Below, piece by piece: positions 31,301 to 38,451 of a DNA stretch of 52,739 nucleotides. Position numbers and translations under genes: made by a program. Positions within the stretch are counted from its first letter, which is position 1. Each line of letters begins with the position of its first letter. The stretch comes from a virus (lineage: Duplodnaviria > Caudoviricetes): the IMG/VR virus record IMGVR_UViG_3300032125_000006, positions 1 to 52,739 of that record, one strand, 5' to 3'. Under the pieces are notes generated by a model. It ran no database searches, was not told the origin of the DNA, and saw only the letters and a list, made by a program, of their open reading frames with translations.

Positions 31301-32015
31301 GGATATGTGGTCGCCTTTCTTTGGGCAAGACATTGCCTTTGGCGCTATCAGCGAAGCAATGAACAACAAGAAGTCATCAGGGGGAAGGGTGTTCAATCCT
31401 CACGCGCCAGTGCTGGATCAGTCCGCTGACATTGCAAACCACTTGCGCAAAGCCTTGCAGCCAGGTGCCGCCGCCAACATCGAGCGGATAATCCGGGCGT
31501 CAGCTGGGGAAGTATCGGCGAGCGGTCGCCCCTACAGCCTGAAAGACGAAGCGGCGGCGCTGGTTGGATTCCGAGTCACCACGTTTGACCCAAAGGCATC
31601 CATCTACTACAAGTCGTTTGAGTTCAAGGATAAAAAGCGGGACGCCACCAGCATTCTGTCAGCTGTGGCCAAAAATCCAAACAAGGTGTCTGACTCTGCC
31701 ATTCGAGATGCGTATTACACCGCCGAGAAAACCCGCACCGAGGCTTACCAGGATATGATGCAATTGGTGAAGGCTGGCATGAGCTCGGGTCTAACCAGGC
31801 GAGATATTACCATATCGTTGAAAAATAGCGGTATTAGTGGGGCTGATATCATGTCAATCCTGCGGGGCAGAGTTCCACCATGGCGCCCATCGGATGCTAT
31901 GATGAAGAGCGCCATTAAGAAGGCGGAAGTGCTGTTTGACGGCGAAGTTGCAAAAGAGTTTGAACAGCGCCGCCGCCTGATACAGAAGACCTTCAGGGAA
32001 TCGTTGAAGAAATAG
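22335..32015 (+). CDS. Giant polyvalent internal virion protein (3226 aa): ParB-like, LPD5/LPD1-like, zincin-like, PRTase and ADP-ribosyltransferase-like domains
   Basis: VADGHHR (~23913), IEDFGQKLEGARKD (~25707), AHEWWH (~26838), LHEVVGHYGL (~27582), IVDDTLTMGGT (~28389), FQKWFGDSKIVDENGEPLTVYHGT (~28764). Confidence 0.85.
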   Translation: MANAFDRFDSPASGGQSSANPFDAFDAQQDQPIPSGLREVDRRLPANNEGATGQSIAGPQVETLTQEPEQESGSIFQDAAGLWGMGSGSLLEGAGWLFNSDELSRLGSDAKDYWQKKLSPEQVAANNKKFVNEDWSLGEGATDIRTYFGLGVQSLPMMVPGMGAAGLTAKAATALGAGKKLAAGLAAAAGSSGEGVTIGAMVGQEVDQTISGMSEADKMQSPYYSDLRKLYGEEEATSRLSTMAANPAALKAGTVGAALGIAFNKFLGDALTGRLSGGPVGEGAKGLVIEGGTETLQSGMESDSKQRALEKYAAQEYSYTDLVNEMVTGLAAGSTMGAGVGTLGGLAGRPGATTEAGGEADTAVPPIIQDEVQGEAPDPAPPTLQPDAPIGDNAPVNDFSARPDWATDQTNVFRDGVQPSATVAGNPFDVFDQAPVSAPSSQGAPQNEQTAEPAPPIPAASDSLTEIGTGTYRVPVDQIQVDPKAYQFRSRVNEQGVDKRLEGVKKWDDNRAGDILLHRREDGSLYVADGHHRLDLAKRLGQGEVNARVVDEADGVSVPDARLAAATNNIADGKAEALDAAKVFRDSNTPADKVRDKFNLPNNQVVRDGEALSKLSDNVFGMVAAGQMSEKDGATVGTAFSEQSQQEAAAKAFQKIEPQTDYQRQLLVNEIRAAEFAPSSDNQGGLFGEDAQEISLMQDRLKVLDNLRQQLNSDKRLFKSLNTHADQATSAGNQIATEANESITEQSARSLDLIGRVTTTPALNEMVNRAARRVYDGESRAAVVKDLKQELLSYERGTYGPDSRRDGKTQGEQPAAKPRQEPRTSQPVPKPDTTGAGQGGQPEIGQPEAAPDLDLTTQTEAELAKQAADRDAAEKAATKAKRDAEQKDKADAQADDFVLSGSDRQADMAEARGQESLLDQAEVTPQAKADQKPAWKMTREQWVDQEIRASKYAEAYLEDSVAYKTKADQLNGEWMDALMDKAREGRVSKESLDDIVGRYGIEGLNSFRGVHEKGIEGYEAPELRLWDKTYRQVLALKNQGKLGAFTTKESLKDFHRGAIERAIADGQSVPDPVLKDYPGISTAPESTTRQAPKAADIKPSKQAESKAPAADQANKAKPAQPDQPIEDFGQKLEGARKDYASRMADAKEKDVAGVPLSESWPQPDYQKMIDSGADPVAVGFARAARDEVPSKPRAAWKLKGWVRKVEALRTFTESIMAGDVSIEDVRASAKSDPYHAVDSDVFSRAELYAAVGHSASLKGLRFHSAHYTMFDGVKGNFNKWLVERTAKTTSFGNMPKRLVVADTKDEAIAKFKKLQSTLAEKDNPSKNTRFDIYSNRHDKTDVFIGKKIGSNVVRIKEGFTNVKDARVYLAENQAALDAALEKMKSIPAHRKSSNSPRVGADHRNGGDVTPEAFGETFGFRGVQFGNYVEQGRRQTDLNQAYDSLMDLAGVIGVPAKAISLNGELGLAFGARGKGGKRPAAAHYEPGQIVINLTKNSGAGSLAHEWWHSLDNYFGRERGAGSSTRFATDGMPADSIRPEMAEAFKKIRQTVNRSKLKQRSQSLDKVRTKAYWSTDIEMTARSFESYVIEKLKDQNASNDYLANIVSEEYWKASEALGMEDSDSYPYPEAAEIPEIRTAYDAFFEVVESKEADDGSVAMFSREGEFRRSPTQATPNLTTTQAETITSGLMEGWEGKPDVIITDSLAQFPQKLREAIRKAGAESDMRGVFFDGKVYILASRIPSQAALEEVVLHEVVGHYGLRTMMGADLKPLLNQVYLSFAKSAEAKKIIRNYFPNGDFSASNSNHRLTVAEELLAHLAETGKHQKLWNKIVAAVREGLRKLGFTLQMTEADLLGILAGAQKTVQDGGISRVPSQAAAMSRAGRSGSDRAVWPDNFPKVQFAAPLGSADKHPRYQAAKSGDVEAARELVNDLVNEAAIDRVRKVIGARSPIVVSAFAEEATGRNMIPVAYAAKIAKALSLTVDQGIIQSTRVKRTGEGSDYRLANHAVFEGDVASGQDYLIVDDTLTMGGTLASLRGHIEANGGRVIGATTLTGFGSDGQLALSDKMRQDLWRKHGEPLNEYLQEEFGYDIDSLTQGEAGHFRKAASLDAIRERINAARIESGNYSPDGVTPSSFSRSSQTDTEAFQKWFGDSKIVDENGEPLTVYHGTNATFTEFSRDQQGSNTAWENTNLGFYFIADRNLAQEFANESGGDTVMDAYLSIQKPLRLTMTDLFSNESQASTIYEAMTGERLSPADALDALNDEIGLGDLGEVMNSLATDEAKAVIEAAGYDGVVSEYGDGNLEYVAFNANQIKSATENNGNFDSDSADIRFSRAGDGPPRTIYDEAFDSLGDKDKTVFEKAKKLLRREMFPGGLLPESVFKAKMERDNQINSSGFDISNRLGHFDIAIEEAYGKPFNELEQSEVKKINQALGGADVFLTLPEPVRIELHKMRLVIKGLSREYAAHLRAEAVELQRQGADAAAQAKIQLLATIIVNLDTYVHRSYRAFDDPKWPRKVSREVYDNAARYLEQRYTEESNMTQAEIQDQVSKTMELILEEGTAFDSIEGFIKESKLGAKDLGILQRRKQIAPEIRALLGEYTDPKINFTKSVTKMSRLVMNQKFLDKVRELGLAEGFLFEKENRQLNATRQIAADASEVYAPLNGLYTFPEVEQAFIDVLGKEQMADWFRTIIRYNGMVKYGKTVLSPTTAARNWMSASFFAMANGHFDFTQMSKSVRSIREYFTYGEGQDGYLRKMKELGVIYDTPYAGEMMDLLADSQLESDLFSKKPFTGLRKANEIAQKFYQYGDDFWKIMGFENEKALLMKHKGLTEAQAEVEAAERIRNTYPTYSMTGRFVRRLRRFPLAGTFVSFPAEIIRTSYHILRYVKLDLQQTPTLGYRKVVGLAIASGMIHALQTVAMSMAGMDDDEEEAFRDLAAPWSKNSNLLPLGRNEKGQMRIIDMSFLDPYNYFKRPINALLRDQPLDDAIKSAAVDMWSPFFGQDIAFGAISEAMNNKKSSGGRVFNPHAPVLDQSADIANHLRKALQPGAAANIERIIRASAGEVSASGRPYSLKDEAAALVGFRVTTFDPKASIYYKSFEFKDKKRDATSILSAVAKNPNKVSDSAIRDAYYTAEKTRTEAYQDMMQLVKAGMSSGLTRRDITISLKNSGISGADIMSILRGRVPPWRPSDAMMKSAIKKAEVLFDGEVAKEFEQRRRLIQKTFRESLKK
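24715..24900 (+). CDS. Possible overprinted 61-aa gene nested in the linker of the giant protein
   Basis: AGGAG at 24700..24704 precedes the ATG; the translation looks helical while the main frame is a low-complexity linker. Confidence 0.35.
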   Translation: MNEEHMGRIADEMAKHRASNRLLNQGKSREQVNQYLSQTPLEQVKADNLKSDSQKQPPTST

Positions 32016-32151
32016 CGTCAAAGTCCACGTATTCGGTTACGAAAAACGGGAACACGACGAAAAAGAAAATGAAAACTGCCACCCATAGAATATGCTTGTT
32101 AAGGATGACAAGCTGTTCTAGTTTCAACCACTGCCTTTTGAATTTACCCAT
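31993..32151 (-). CDS. Small single-TM protein (52 aa), last gene of the integrase operon; not in the ORF track
   Basis: GGAGG RBS; MGKFKRQWLKLEQLVILNKHILWVAVFIFFFVVFPFFVTEYVDFDAISSTIP*; overlaps the stop of 32144..32335. Confidence 0.6.
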   Translation of the reverse strand: MGKFKRQWLKLEQLVILNKHILWVAVFIFFFVVFPFFVTEYVDFDAISSTIP

Positions 32152-32335
32152 ACCGCTGACCCTCCCACAATTTCCGCTTTTTCCCCTTACCCCGGCTCAC
32201 TGAACGATAGTCCTTTGCCGGCGTGCAGATCTCGCTCTTGATAAATCGAACATTCTCAACCCGAATAATTCCGTTCTCTAGGAATGACTTGAAATCCTCG
32301 AGTGTAAAATCTCGCCACTCATTCATAGCTTCCAC
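32144..32335 (-). CDS. Hypothetical protein
   Basis: Coupled ORF downstream of the integrase. Confidence 0.55.
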   Translation of the reverse strand: MEAMNEWRDFTLEDFKSFLENGIIRVENVRFIKSEICTPAKDYRSVSRGKGKKRKLWEGQRYG

Positions 32336-32628
32336 TCCAGCTCTTTCTCTCTCAGCTTTACTAAAGCCCCTTTTGCTATGGGCATTGAATCAATCATGGC
32401 TCGATAGCACCGATTTAATTCCTTCTGTGTTTCTTTGTATTCAGGGCTATTGACTAGGATAAACCCCCATGACTTAGCCGTATCGGACGATACAACGAAG
32501 TGCGGCATTGACTTGTGGGCGTAAATATCTGCAAGGATTTTCTGCAGCGGCTCAACCCTCTGCCGGTATTCCTCCTGCAGTTCGCGGATTTGTTCGCGTG
32601 TCCTTCGCTCTAATTCGTCAGTGTTCAT
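32323..32628 (-). CDS. Hypothetical protein
   Basis: Starts 3 nt after the integrase stop. Confidence 0.6.
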   Translation of the reverse strand: MNTDELERRTREQIRELQEEYRQRVEPLQKILADIYAHKSMPHFVVSSDTAKSWGFILVNSPEYKETQKELNRCYRAMIDSMPIAKGALVKLREKELEWKL

Positions 32629-32631
32629 AAA

Positions 32632-33846
32632 TCACCCCTTCGCATTAGCCCTATGAATCCCCACCACATTACCACTCAAAGAGTACACATAATCCGCCCA
32701 GTCTTGCATCATGCGCGACCTTTCCGCCAGGTACTGCGCATGGTTGTAAGCCGCTGCAGTTTTGTTCTTCTTGGCGTGAGCCAATTGCATTTCAATGTGC
32801 GCCTCCGGGTAACCCATCTCATTGAGCCGGGTGGATGCCGTGGCTCTGAAGTCGTGCCCTGTGACCTTGCCCGTAGCGTAGCCCATGTATTCCAACGCTC
32901 GGTTGATCGTCGTTGGCGACATTACATCACGCGGCCGGCGCGTATTCGGGAACAGCCATTCACCGGCGCCGGTTATCGTGCGCAGCTCTCTCAGAAGCTC
33001 AACAGCCCGCTTCGCCAGTGGCACCACATGAATCCTCCGCATCTTCATTTTCTCTGCGGGTATGCGCCACACGGATCCCTCCAAGTCGAAATCTTCCCAT
33101 CGTGACTGGCGAATCTCTGCCGACCGAACGAACGTGAGCAGTAGCAACTCAAGACAGATCCCCGTTGTCCGATTCCCGCCGAACTTTTTCAGCTTACCCA
33201 AATACTCCGCAATTTCTTTTTGCTCGAGCGCCCGGGCGTGTTTTACCGCTGGCCTTGAGATGGCGCCCCGTAATGCTGCCGCAGGGTCACCCTCTGCACG
33301 CATCGTTGAGGCTGCATACCTGAATACGGCGCTGCACCACTGGCGAACTGAGAAGGCGTAGGTGGCTGCGCCTCGTTTATCCATTCTCCGCAGGATTTCC
33401 AGAATGTGCATGCTGGTCACTTGGCGTATAGGCAACTTCCCAATAAACGGATAAGCGTTGTTCGTCATCGCCCGCTTGAACTGGTCTGCGTATTTTAGCG
33501 TCCAGACCTTCGCTTTCTGCTCTGCAAATTCCCGCGCCACGGATTCAAACGTTTGCGCACCCTCGGCGATGTTGTTCAGCTTCTCGGCCTGCCGAACATG
33601 CGCGGGATTAATCCCACTTTTGACCAGCTTTCGGGCTTCATCACGCGCCACCCTTGCCGCCGATAAAGACAGCTCGGGATACTCGCCCAGGGCAAAAGCA
33701 TTTTCCTTGCCGGCGATCCGGTAGCGATATCGCCACAGCTTGGAGCCAGTCGGGCGGATCTCGATGTACAGGCCGGCACCGTCCGTCATCTTGTAAGCTT
33801 TGGCTTCTGGCTTGGCGCGGCGCAGGGCAAGGTCAGTTAGGGGCAC
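32632..33846 (-). CDS. int: P4-family tyrosine integrase
   Basis: Arm-binding N-terminus (DGAGLYIEIRPTGSKLWRYRY..LGEYPELSL); catalytic motifs VRSAE, GHDFR, LAH and AAYN. Confidence 0.97.
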   Translation of the reverse strand: MPLTDLALRRAKPEAKAYKMTDGAGLYIEIRPTGSKLWRYRYRIAGKENAFALGEYPELSLSAARVARDEARKLVKSGINPAHVRQAEKLNNIAEGAQTFESVAREFAEQKAKVWTLKYADQFKRAMTNNAYPFIGKLPIRQVTSMHILEILRRMDKRGAATYAFSVRQWCSAVFRYAASTMRAEGDPAAALRGAISRPAVKHARALEQKEIAEYLGKLKKFGGNRTTGICLELLLLTFVRSAEIRQSRWEDFDLEGSVWRIPAEKMKMRRIHVVPLAKRAVELLRELRTITGAGEWLFPNTRRPRDVMSPTTINRALEYMGYATGKVTGHDFRATASTRLNEMGYPEAHIEMQLAHAKKNKTAAAYNHAQYLAERSRMMQDWADYVYSLSGNVVGIHRANAKG

Positions 33847-34198
33847 GGCGCGCTTTCTCCGATTCTTCGTCGGATTGCATCATGCTTTCAGCCAAGTGCA
33901 GCCCGCACTGAAAACCTGCGGTCGCTAACTCGCTGTATGGGTGGCACTCTTTGCAGGCATGATCTCCTGTGAAGCCCTCGCAGTTCATGGTTATGAACCT
34001 TGCCAACTTCGCCACCCTTGCCCGAAGCTCCTGCACCTCAGTTATCCCGCCACGATTCCACACATCTATATCAACACCCCAGCTACCGCTATTAGAGCAG
34101 CGCGCACTTTTGCAAACTGCAAAGATATACCCGCCGTTCTCTTCTACTTTGCCGGGGCTTCCGCATTTCCAGCATGGCTTCAATTCACCCATCGCCAC
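33833..34198 (-). CDS. Lar-like (restriction alleviation) zinc-finger protein
   Basis: ELKPCWKCG...VCKSARC...WNR signature. Confidence 0.6.
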   Translation of the reverse strand: MAMGELKPCWKCGSPGKVEENGGYIFAVCKSARCSNSGSWGVDIDVWNRGGITEVQELRARVAKLARFITMNCEGFTGDHACKECHPYSELATAGFQCGLHLAESMMQSDEESEKARRAPN

Positions 34199-34210
34199 TC
34201 TCCAATTTTA

Positions 34211-34500
34211 TTTGAGGGTATCGCCGGCCATTTTCAGATCTACCCCTAAATCTACCCTCAAAAACCGTAGACTTGAGTAATCCCTGATAGACGCCAACAG
34301 AAAGTGCATATTCAAATAATGGCAGATAAATCCATTTTGAGCAGATGTAAATAAATTCGCATACGTCAATAGACTGCCATGGACACTAAGTTTGGTTAAT
34401 GATAATTCTCGATCATCAGTATCATACGGACTGCAACCGGTTGAAATGTAAAAGGGTAGTGGCTGGCGACCGCTGACGATACCCTCACTGATACCCGCAA
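34211..34500. other. attP: arm-type repeats flanking a core
   Basis: TGAGGGTAT at 34213; paired TCTACCCCT/TCTACCCTC at 34239..34260; AAGGGTAG at 34452; paired GATACCCTCA/GATACCCGCA at 34478..34499. AT-rich interior, located between AlpA and int. Confidence 0.8.
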
Positions 34501-34514
34501 TCGCCGCCGCTTGG

Positions 34515-34706
34515 TTAACTGGCTTTCCGGTATTCTGCCACACGCTCATCAATCCAGCCGCTGATTTCTGACTGCAGCCAGACCGACACCCGGCCAAGTT
34601 TGATGGGCTTAGGAAATTCGCCGTCGCTGATCTTGGCATAGATAGTCGGCTTACACAGTCCGACAGCTTTAATGACCTCCGGCAGCCTCATGAATCTATC
34701 ACTCAT
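34515..34706 (-). CDS. alpA: AlpA-family excisionase/regulator
   Basis: RFMRLPEVIKAVGLCKPTIYAKISDGEFPKPIKLG..SVWLQSEISGWI. Confidence 0.92.
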   Translation of the reverse strand: MSDRFMRLPEVIKAVGLCKPTIYAKISDGEFPKPIKLGRVSVWLQSEISGWIDERVAEYRKAS

Positions 34707-34818
34707 CCCTTCACCCTCCGCTTAAAATACCAGCACCCATTCTCAAGCCGGATCTTCACGCCCTGTTCAAGCAGTACCCGAGCCTTGCGGGCATTGCAGC
34801 GATACCATGCGTGCTTAC

Positions 34819-35289
34819 TCATACACCACCTTCAGCCTTTCCAGCCTCGACGCGCAAGTTATCTGCATAGTCACGAACGCTCGCAACGCCTTCGCAGTAT
34901 TCTTGATAACCTTCAGGCGGATTATCTGGAGGCCCGCAAGGACCGGGCATACACATACGGGCAGCTTCATCTATGGCGTCGGCCTTCTGCCGCAGGAGCC
35001 ATGCACCGGATGAGTCCTTGGTCAGCACACTACCCATGCGGCACAGCGAGCCGTAGTTTTCTTCTGTGTTGGCATCCGCTTGGATAATGTCGGCGGCATC
35101 CTGCAGAGCCTTCACAAGATCAGCCACTCGCGCCTCGGCCTGCTCAAGCTTCTTTTCAGAATTATTAAGCGCAAACTTCATGCCGTGCCGGAAGGAATCA
35201 GATAACTGGCTAGGGCATCCAATTGGTAGGCCATGCTTATGCAGACCAGATTTCTCCAGCTCAGTAAGCTCAACTTTGTGATCGCTCAT
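34819..35289 (-). CDS. Hypothetical early protein
   Basis: Coupled ORF in the left operon. Confidence 0.6.
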   Translation of the reverse strand: MSDHKVELTELEKSGLHKHGLPIGCPSQLSDSFRHGMKFALNNSEKKLEQAEARVADLVKALQDAADIIQADANTEENYGSLCRMGSVLTKDSSGAWLLRQKADAIDEAARMCMPGPCGPPDNPPEGYQEYCEGVASVRDYADNLRVEAGKAEGGV

Positions 35290-36170
35290 GATTCTTGCTC
35301 CTGCTGTGGGGCTTGCGTGGTATAGGCCAAGAGCATGTCTTGAAAAACGGTGATAGCCACTGTGCGCGGATCAACACAGTAAGTATTCTTTAGTGCATGA
35401 AGACACTTAACCCCAGCCTCGGAAACGTTAGCGGGGGTAAAGCCGATTTCGATAAGTTTCCACCCCTCCGGCACCACGGCCCCATCCTGAAACTCACTCT
35501 CCTGAAGCACTGACGCATCCGCCGTTCTAGCCGCACGAGCAAGGACTCTGGCTAGCTCATCGGGCCGGAAACTTCTAAGGCTACTTAGCTCTCGGTTAAA
35601 CAGTTTGCGGAAGTAGCCCACATCCAAGCCGTATTCATTCGTTCCGCGCTCATCAGGCACCACGACGCTGGGCTGGCAGATGCAGAGCTTTGTCCCTACT
35701 GGCAGCATTCGGTTTTCGATAATATCTGTACCCATATACACTGAAACGACTTCGGCCGCCGGCTCAGAGCCATCCCGCCGTATTAGCGATTCTTCCTTTT
35801 CCGGAAATTCGCCATGAAATTCTTCTTTTTCAAAATCCTTTCTGGCTGGCGGCTCCCCGCCATCCTGTGCGCGGTCTTCACGCTCAACCCGGCCCGCTAC
35901 ACAATCATCAAGCCACGTTACGCGCCCGAGGTTGTGCACTGCTGCAAGTCCACCGGCTTCATTTTCGACAAGATAGCCAACGGGATTTCCGATCTGCTTT
36001 GTCTTGCTATGGCACAGTGCTGTGAACTGCGGGCAGTTGATCTGCCATGCCCACCACATGCCCTCAAGCACTTCATCGGCATAGCCCCCGAATGCTGCGC
36101 GCTCAAAGCTGTAGCTGTCGCTCCATTTAGACTTTACTGTGCGCTCGAATGTCTCTCTGTTAGTGCTCAT
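35286..36170 (-). CDS. Hypothetical mosaic early protein (Ea/Eaa-like)
   Basis: VVVP/VVPEGWKL segments typical of lambdoid accessory genes. Confidence 0.6.
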   Translation of the reverse strand: MSTNRETFERTVKSKWSDSYSFERAAFGGYADEVLEGMWWAWQINCPQFTALCHSKTKQIGNPVGYLVENEAGGLAAVHNLGRVTWLDDCVAGRVEREDRAQDGGEPPARKDFEKEEFHGEFPEKEESLIRRDGSEPAAEVVSVYMGTDIIENRMLPVGTKLCICQPSVVVPDERGTNEYGLDVGYFRKLFNRELSSLRSFRPDELARVLARAARTADASVLQESEFQDGAVVPEGWKLIEIGFTPANVSEAGVKCLHALKNTYCVDPRTVAITVFQDMLLAYTTQAPQQEQES

Positions 36171-36712
36171 CTCAGTAATACCCCTGAAAGCTCGTTAATT
36201 TTCTGCCGGCACATCTTGCCGGCCATCTCGCATTGCTCGAACTCAAACCACCCCCAATGGCATTCGCTCGCGGGTATTTCCATTTTCTCGGCCAACCATT
36301 CATAGACTTGGGTACGCTTCACTCCGTCCATCGCCATGATGGATAGGAGCGACTGAAACGCCCGCTTGTTGACCTTTCTCGACTCGCGTAACTGTGCATC
36401 GGCCAGGGTGCCGAGCGGCAAGTCAGTACCATCGTGCAGACCGACATAAGCCCCGCATGACTCGCACAGGTACACGTAGGGCCACGATCCAAAAGACAGC
36501 CCGCCGTACACTTCTTTATGGTGAGCAATGAACACCCTTGAGTCGCAGTAGCGGCATGTGACCGGCTTCGGGAGTCTGTCTTTGACGCGCTTCAAGGCTT
36601 TGCGTCCGACTGCCGGTAAAGGGTGTGGCGCCTCCAGCTTTTCAGGGCTGAAGGCTCGCGGGTCAATGCCGCTGTGGCTGTTTGTTGTGGTCATCAGTAA
36701 TACCCCACACAT
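36167..36712 (-). CDS. DUF3268-like zinc-finger protein
   Basis: CRYC...YLCESCGAYVGLH..T..PLGTLAD..LR and CHWGWF. Confidence 0.8.
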   Translation of the reverse strand: MCGVLLMTTTNSHSGIDPRAFSPEKLEAPHPLPAVGRKALKRVKDRLPKPVTCRYCDSRVFIAHHKEVYGGLSFGSWPYVYLCESCGAYVGLHDGTDLPLGTLADAQLRESRKVNKRAFQSLLSIMAMDGVKRTQVYEWLAEKMEIPASECHWGWFEFEQCEMAGKMCRQKINELSGVLLR

Positions 36713-37347
36713 TGCCCCGGATTACGCGCCGGCGCTGTTAGAAATAGCCAGGCCGAACCCTTTTCAATTCCGCTCGACCCTCCCTCGCGCTCGCTCTGGC
36801 GCACGTAATGGCACAGGTTGCACACCGCCATCTCTGCCATCCCGGTATCCCGCGAAATCTGGGCTGCCGTATCGGCCAAGGCCATGCGTTGGTGATAATG
36901 ACGCCGAACGATTGCAGCCCGGATCTTTTCAACCGTTTCAGCGTTCACACCCCTCGGTGTCCGGCCCTTGCTGACGCTGTACACGTTGCCGCGAGTCGTG
37001 TTCAGAGATAGCGCCACGGATTCGTTGTTAAGCTCGTGAGCCTCCGCGGAGTGTCTGCGGCCCCGGGCATAGCGTCTGCGGATTATGGCGCGGAGTTCTT
37101 CGCCCATCTTTCTCTCCACTGATTTAGCCGTTGGCTTTGCCGACTCCGCGCCAGTGAACACGCTTACCGGGAAAATCTTCGTCAACTCTTTACGCAATCC
37201 TGCGCGATCCGCTGCCCGGTTCAGGGTGATAAGGCTCACGCCAAGCTTGTGTCCGCAGTCGCGCTTGGAAAGGCTGCTGTCAGCCTTTTTCATGGCCCTC
37301 AGTTTTGCCAGGGTGTCGCGGGTTATGGTTAGTTTGATTTTCGGCAT
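36694..37347 (-). CDS. Putative multi-HTH DNA-binding protein
   Basis: Basic protein with HTH-like segments. Confidence 0.5.
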   Translation of the reverse strand: MPKIKLTITRDTLAKLRAMKKADSSLSKRDCGHKLGVSLITLNRAADRAGLRKELTKIFPVSVFTGAESAKPTAKSVERKMGEELRAIIRRRYARGRRHSAEAHELNNESVALSLNTTRGNVYSVSKGRTPRGVNAETVEKIRAAIVRRHYHQRMALADTAAQISRDTGMAEMAVCNLCHYVRQSEREGGSSGIEKGSAWLFLTAPARNPGQCVGYY

Positions 37348-37362
37348 TACGCGGCTTCCTGC

Positions 37363-38451
37363 TCAGTAGTTAATTGTGACGTTCGGGATTTGGCATCTTG
37401 CGATCAGAGTGATCGCCTGCTTTGCGCAATCCTCCGGCATCCCGCCTTTAATCATTGCCTCAAGAGCTAACCGATTAACGGCGCCTCGATGGTCTTTGTC
37501 GGCTTGGCGCGCCAGTATCTCTTTCTTCTGGCGCTGTTCTTCGGCCAGCCGGTCATCTTCAATGCGCTCGTGTTCGGCTTCGATCCGTTGGCGTTCCTCT
37601 ACAGCGTCACGCTGAGCTTTATCAATAGCAGCCTGGTGCTCACGCTCCCGGCGCTCTGCCGTTTCCTTAGCTTCATGCTCTTTCCGTTCGGACTCTTCCT
37701 TTGCCATGCGCTCACGGTAGGCGGCGGCATCACGCTCTGCCTGTGCGGATTGCTCAGCTTGACGGCGTGCATTTTCTGCGGCATCTCTGGCAATCTGTTC
37801 CTCGCGCTCTTTCTGTGCGCGTTCTGCCGCTTCTTTGCGTAGGCGTTCAAGCTCCGCCTGTTCAGCTTCGTGCTTTGACTGGCGCTGGACAGCAATCTCA
37901 AGCGCCGTGATGGCATGCTCTTTTGCCCGGTGAGCTTCTGCTTCAAATTCCTGAAAACTCTCGTCAACAGTGATTGCCTTCAAGTAAACAAGTTGCTCAG
38001 AAAATAGGTCAGCGCTCAGATCGTTAAGAAACAAAAACCCTTTGATGTATTCAACCCGCTCTTGATGTTTTGCAATACGCGCATCTTCAGCCGCTTCCCA
38101 CTCATTCAGCGGGCCTCGGGCTTCGTCGCGCCATGCGTCCAGCTGGTCGCGCCACCGCTTGCGTTCGGCGTCAACCTTGGCCGGCTGCTTCTTTAGATCG
38201 GCCACAAGCTCTTTCCCGAGGTTGTCGATAGCCGTTTTGCTCTGGGCTATTTTGTAGGCCATTGATGCGTACTGCTTTCTGCCTTTCGCGGTATCCAGTG
38301 CCGGGGCGTCGGATAGGAATTTATCAAGCTCCTGGCGGATGGTTTGCAGGTACGGGTCAAGCCCCTTATCCGCGGTGAACGTCTGCAGGGCAGTCTCTTT
38401 TGGTGGAACTACCACCAACTCGGATGATTCTTTTTCCATTACTGCGCTCAT
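37363..38451 (-). CDS. Coiled-coil protein commonly adjacent to phage recombination genes
   Basis: KGRKQYASMAYKIAQSKT..R.PLNEWE; E/R/A-rich coil. Confidence 0.75.
   Translation of the reverse strand: MSAVMEKESSELVVVPPKETALQTFTADKGLDPYLQTIRQELDKFLSDAPALDTAKGRKQYASMAYKIAQSKTAIDNLGKELVADLKKQPAKVDAERKRWRDQLDAWRDEARGPLNEWEAAEDARIAKHQERVEYIKGFLFLNDLSADLFSEQLVYLKAITVDESFQEFEAEAHRAKEHAITALEIAVQRQSKHEAEQAELERLRKEAAERAQKEREEQIARDAAENARRQAEQSAQAERDAAAYRERMAKEESERKEHEAKETAERREREHQAAIDKAQRDAVEERQRIEAEHERIEDDRLAEEQRQKKEILARQADKDHRGAVNRLALEAMIKGGMPEDCAKQAITLIARCQIPNVTINY

Noticed and set aside
34208-34639. 143-aa ORF spanning the att region
   Set aside because: It overlaps AlpA in another frame and runs through the arm repeats; attP explains the sequence better.
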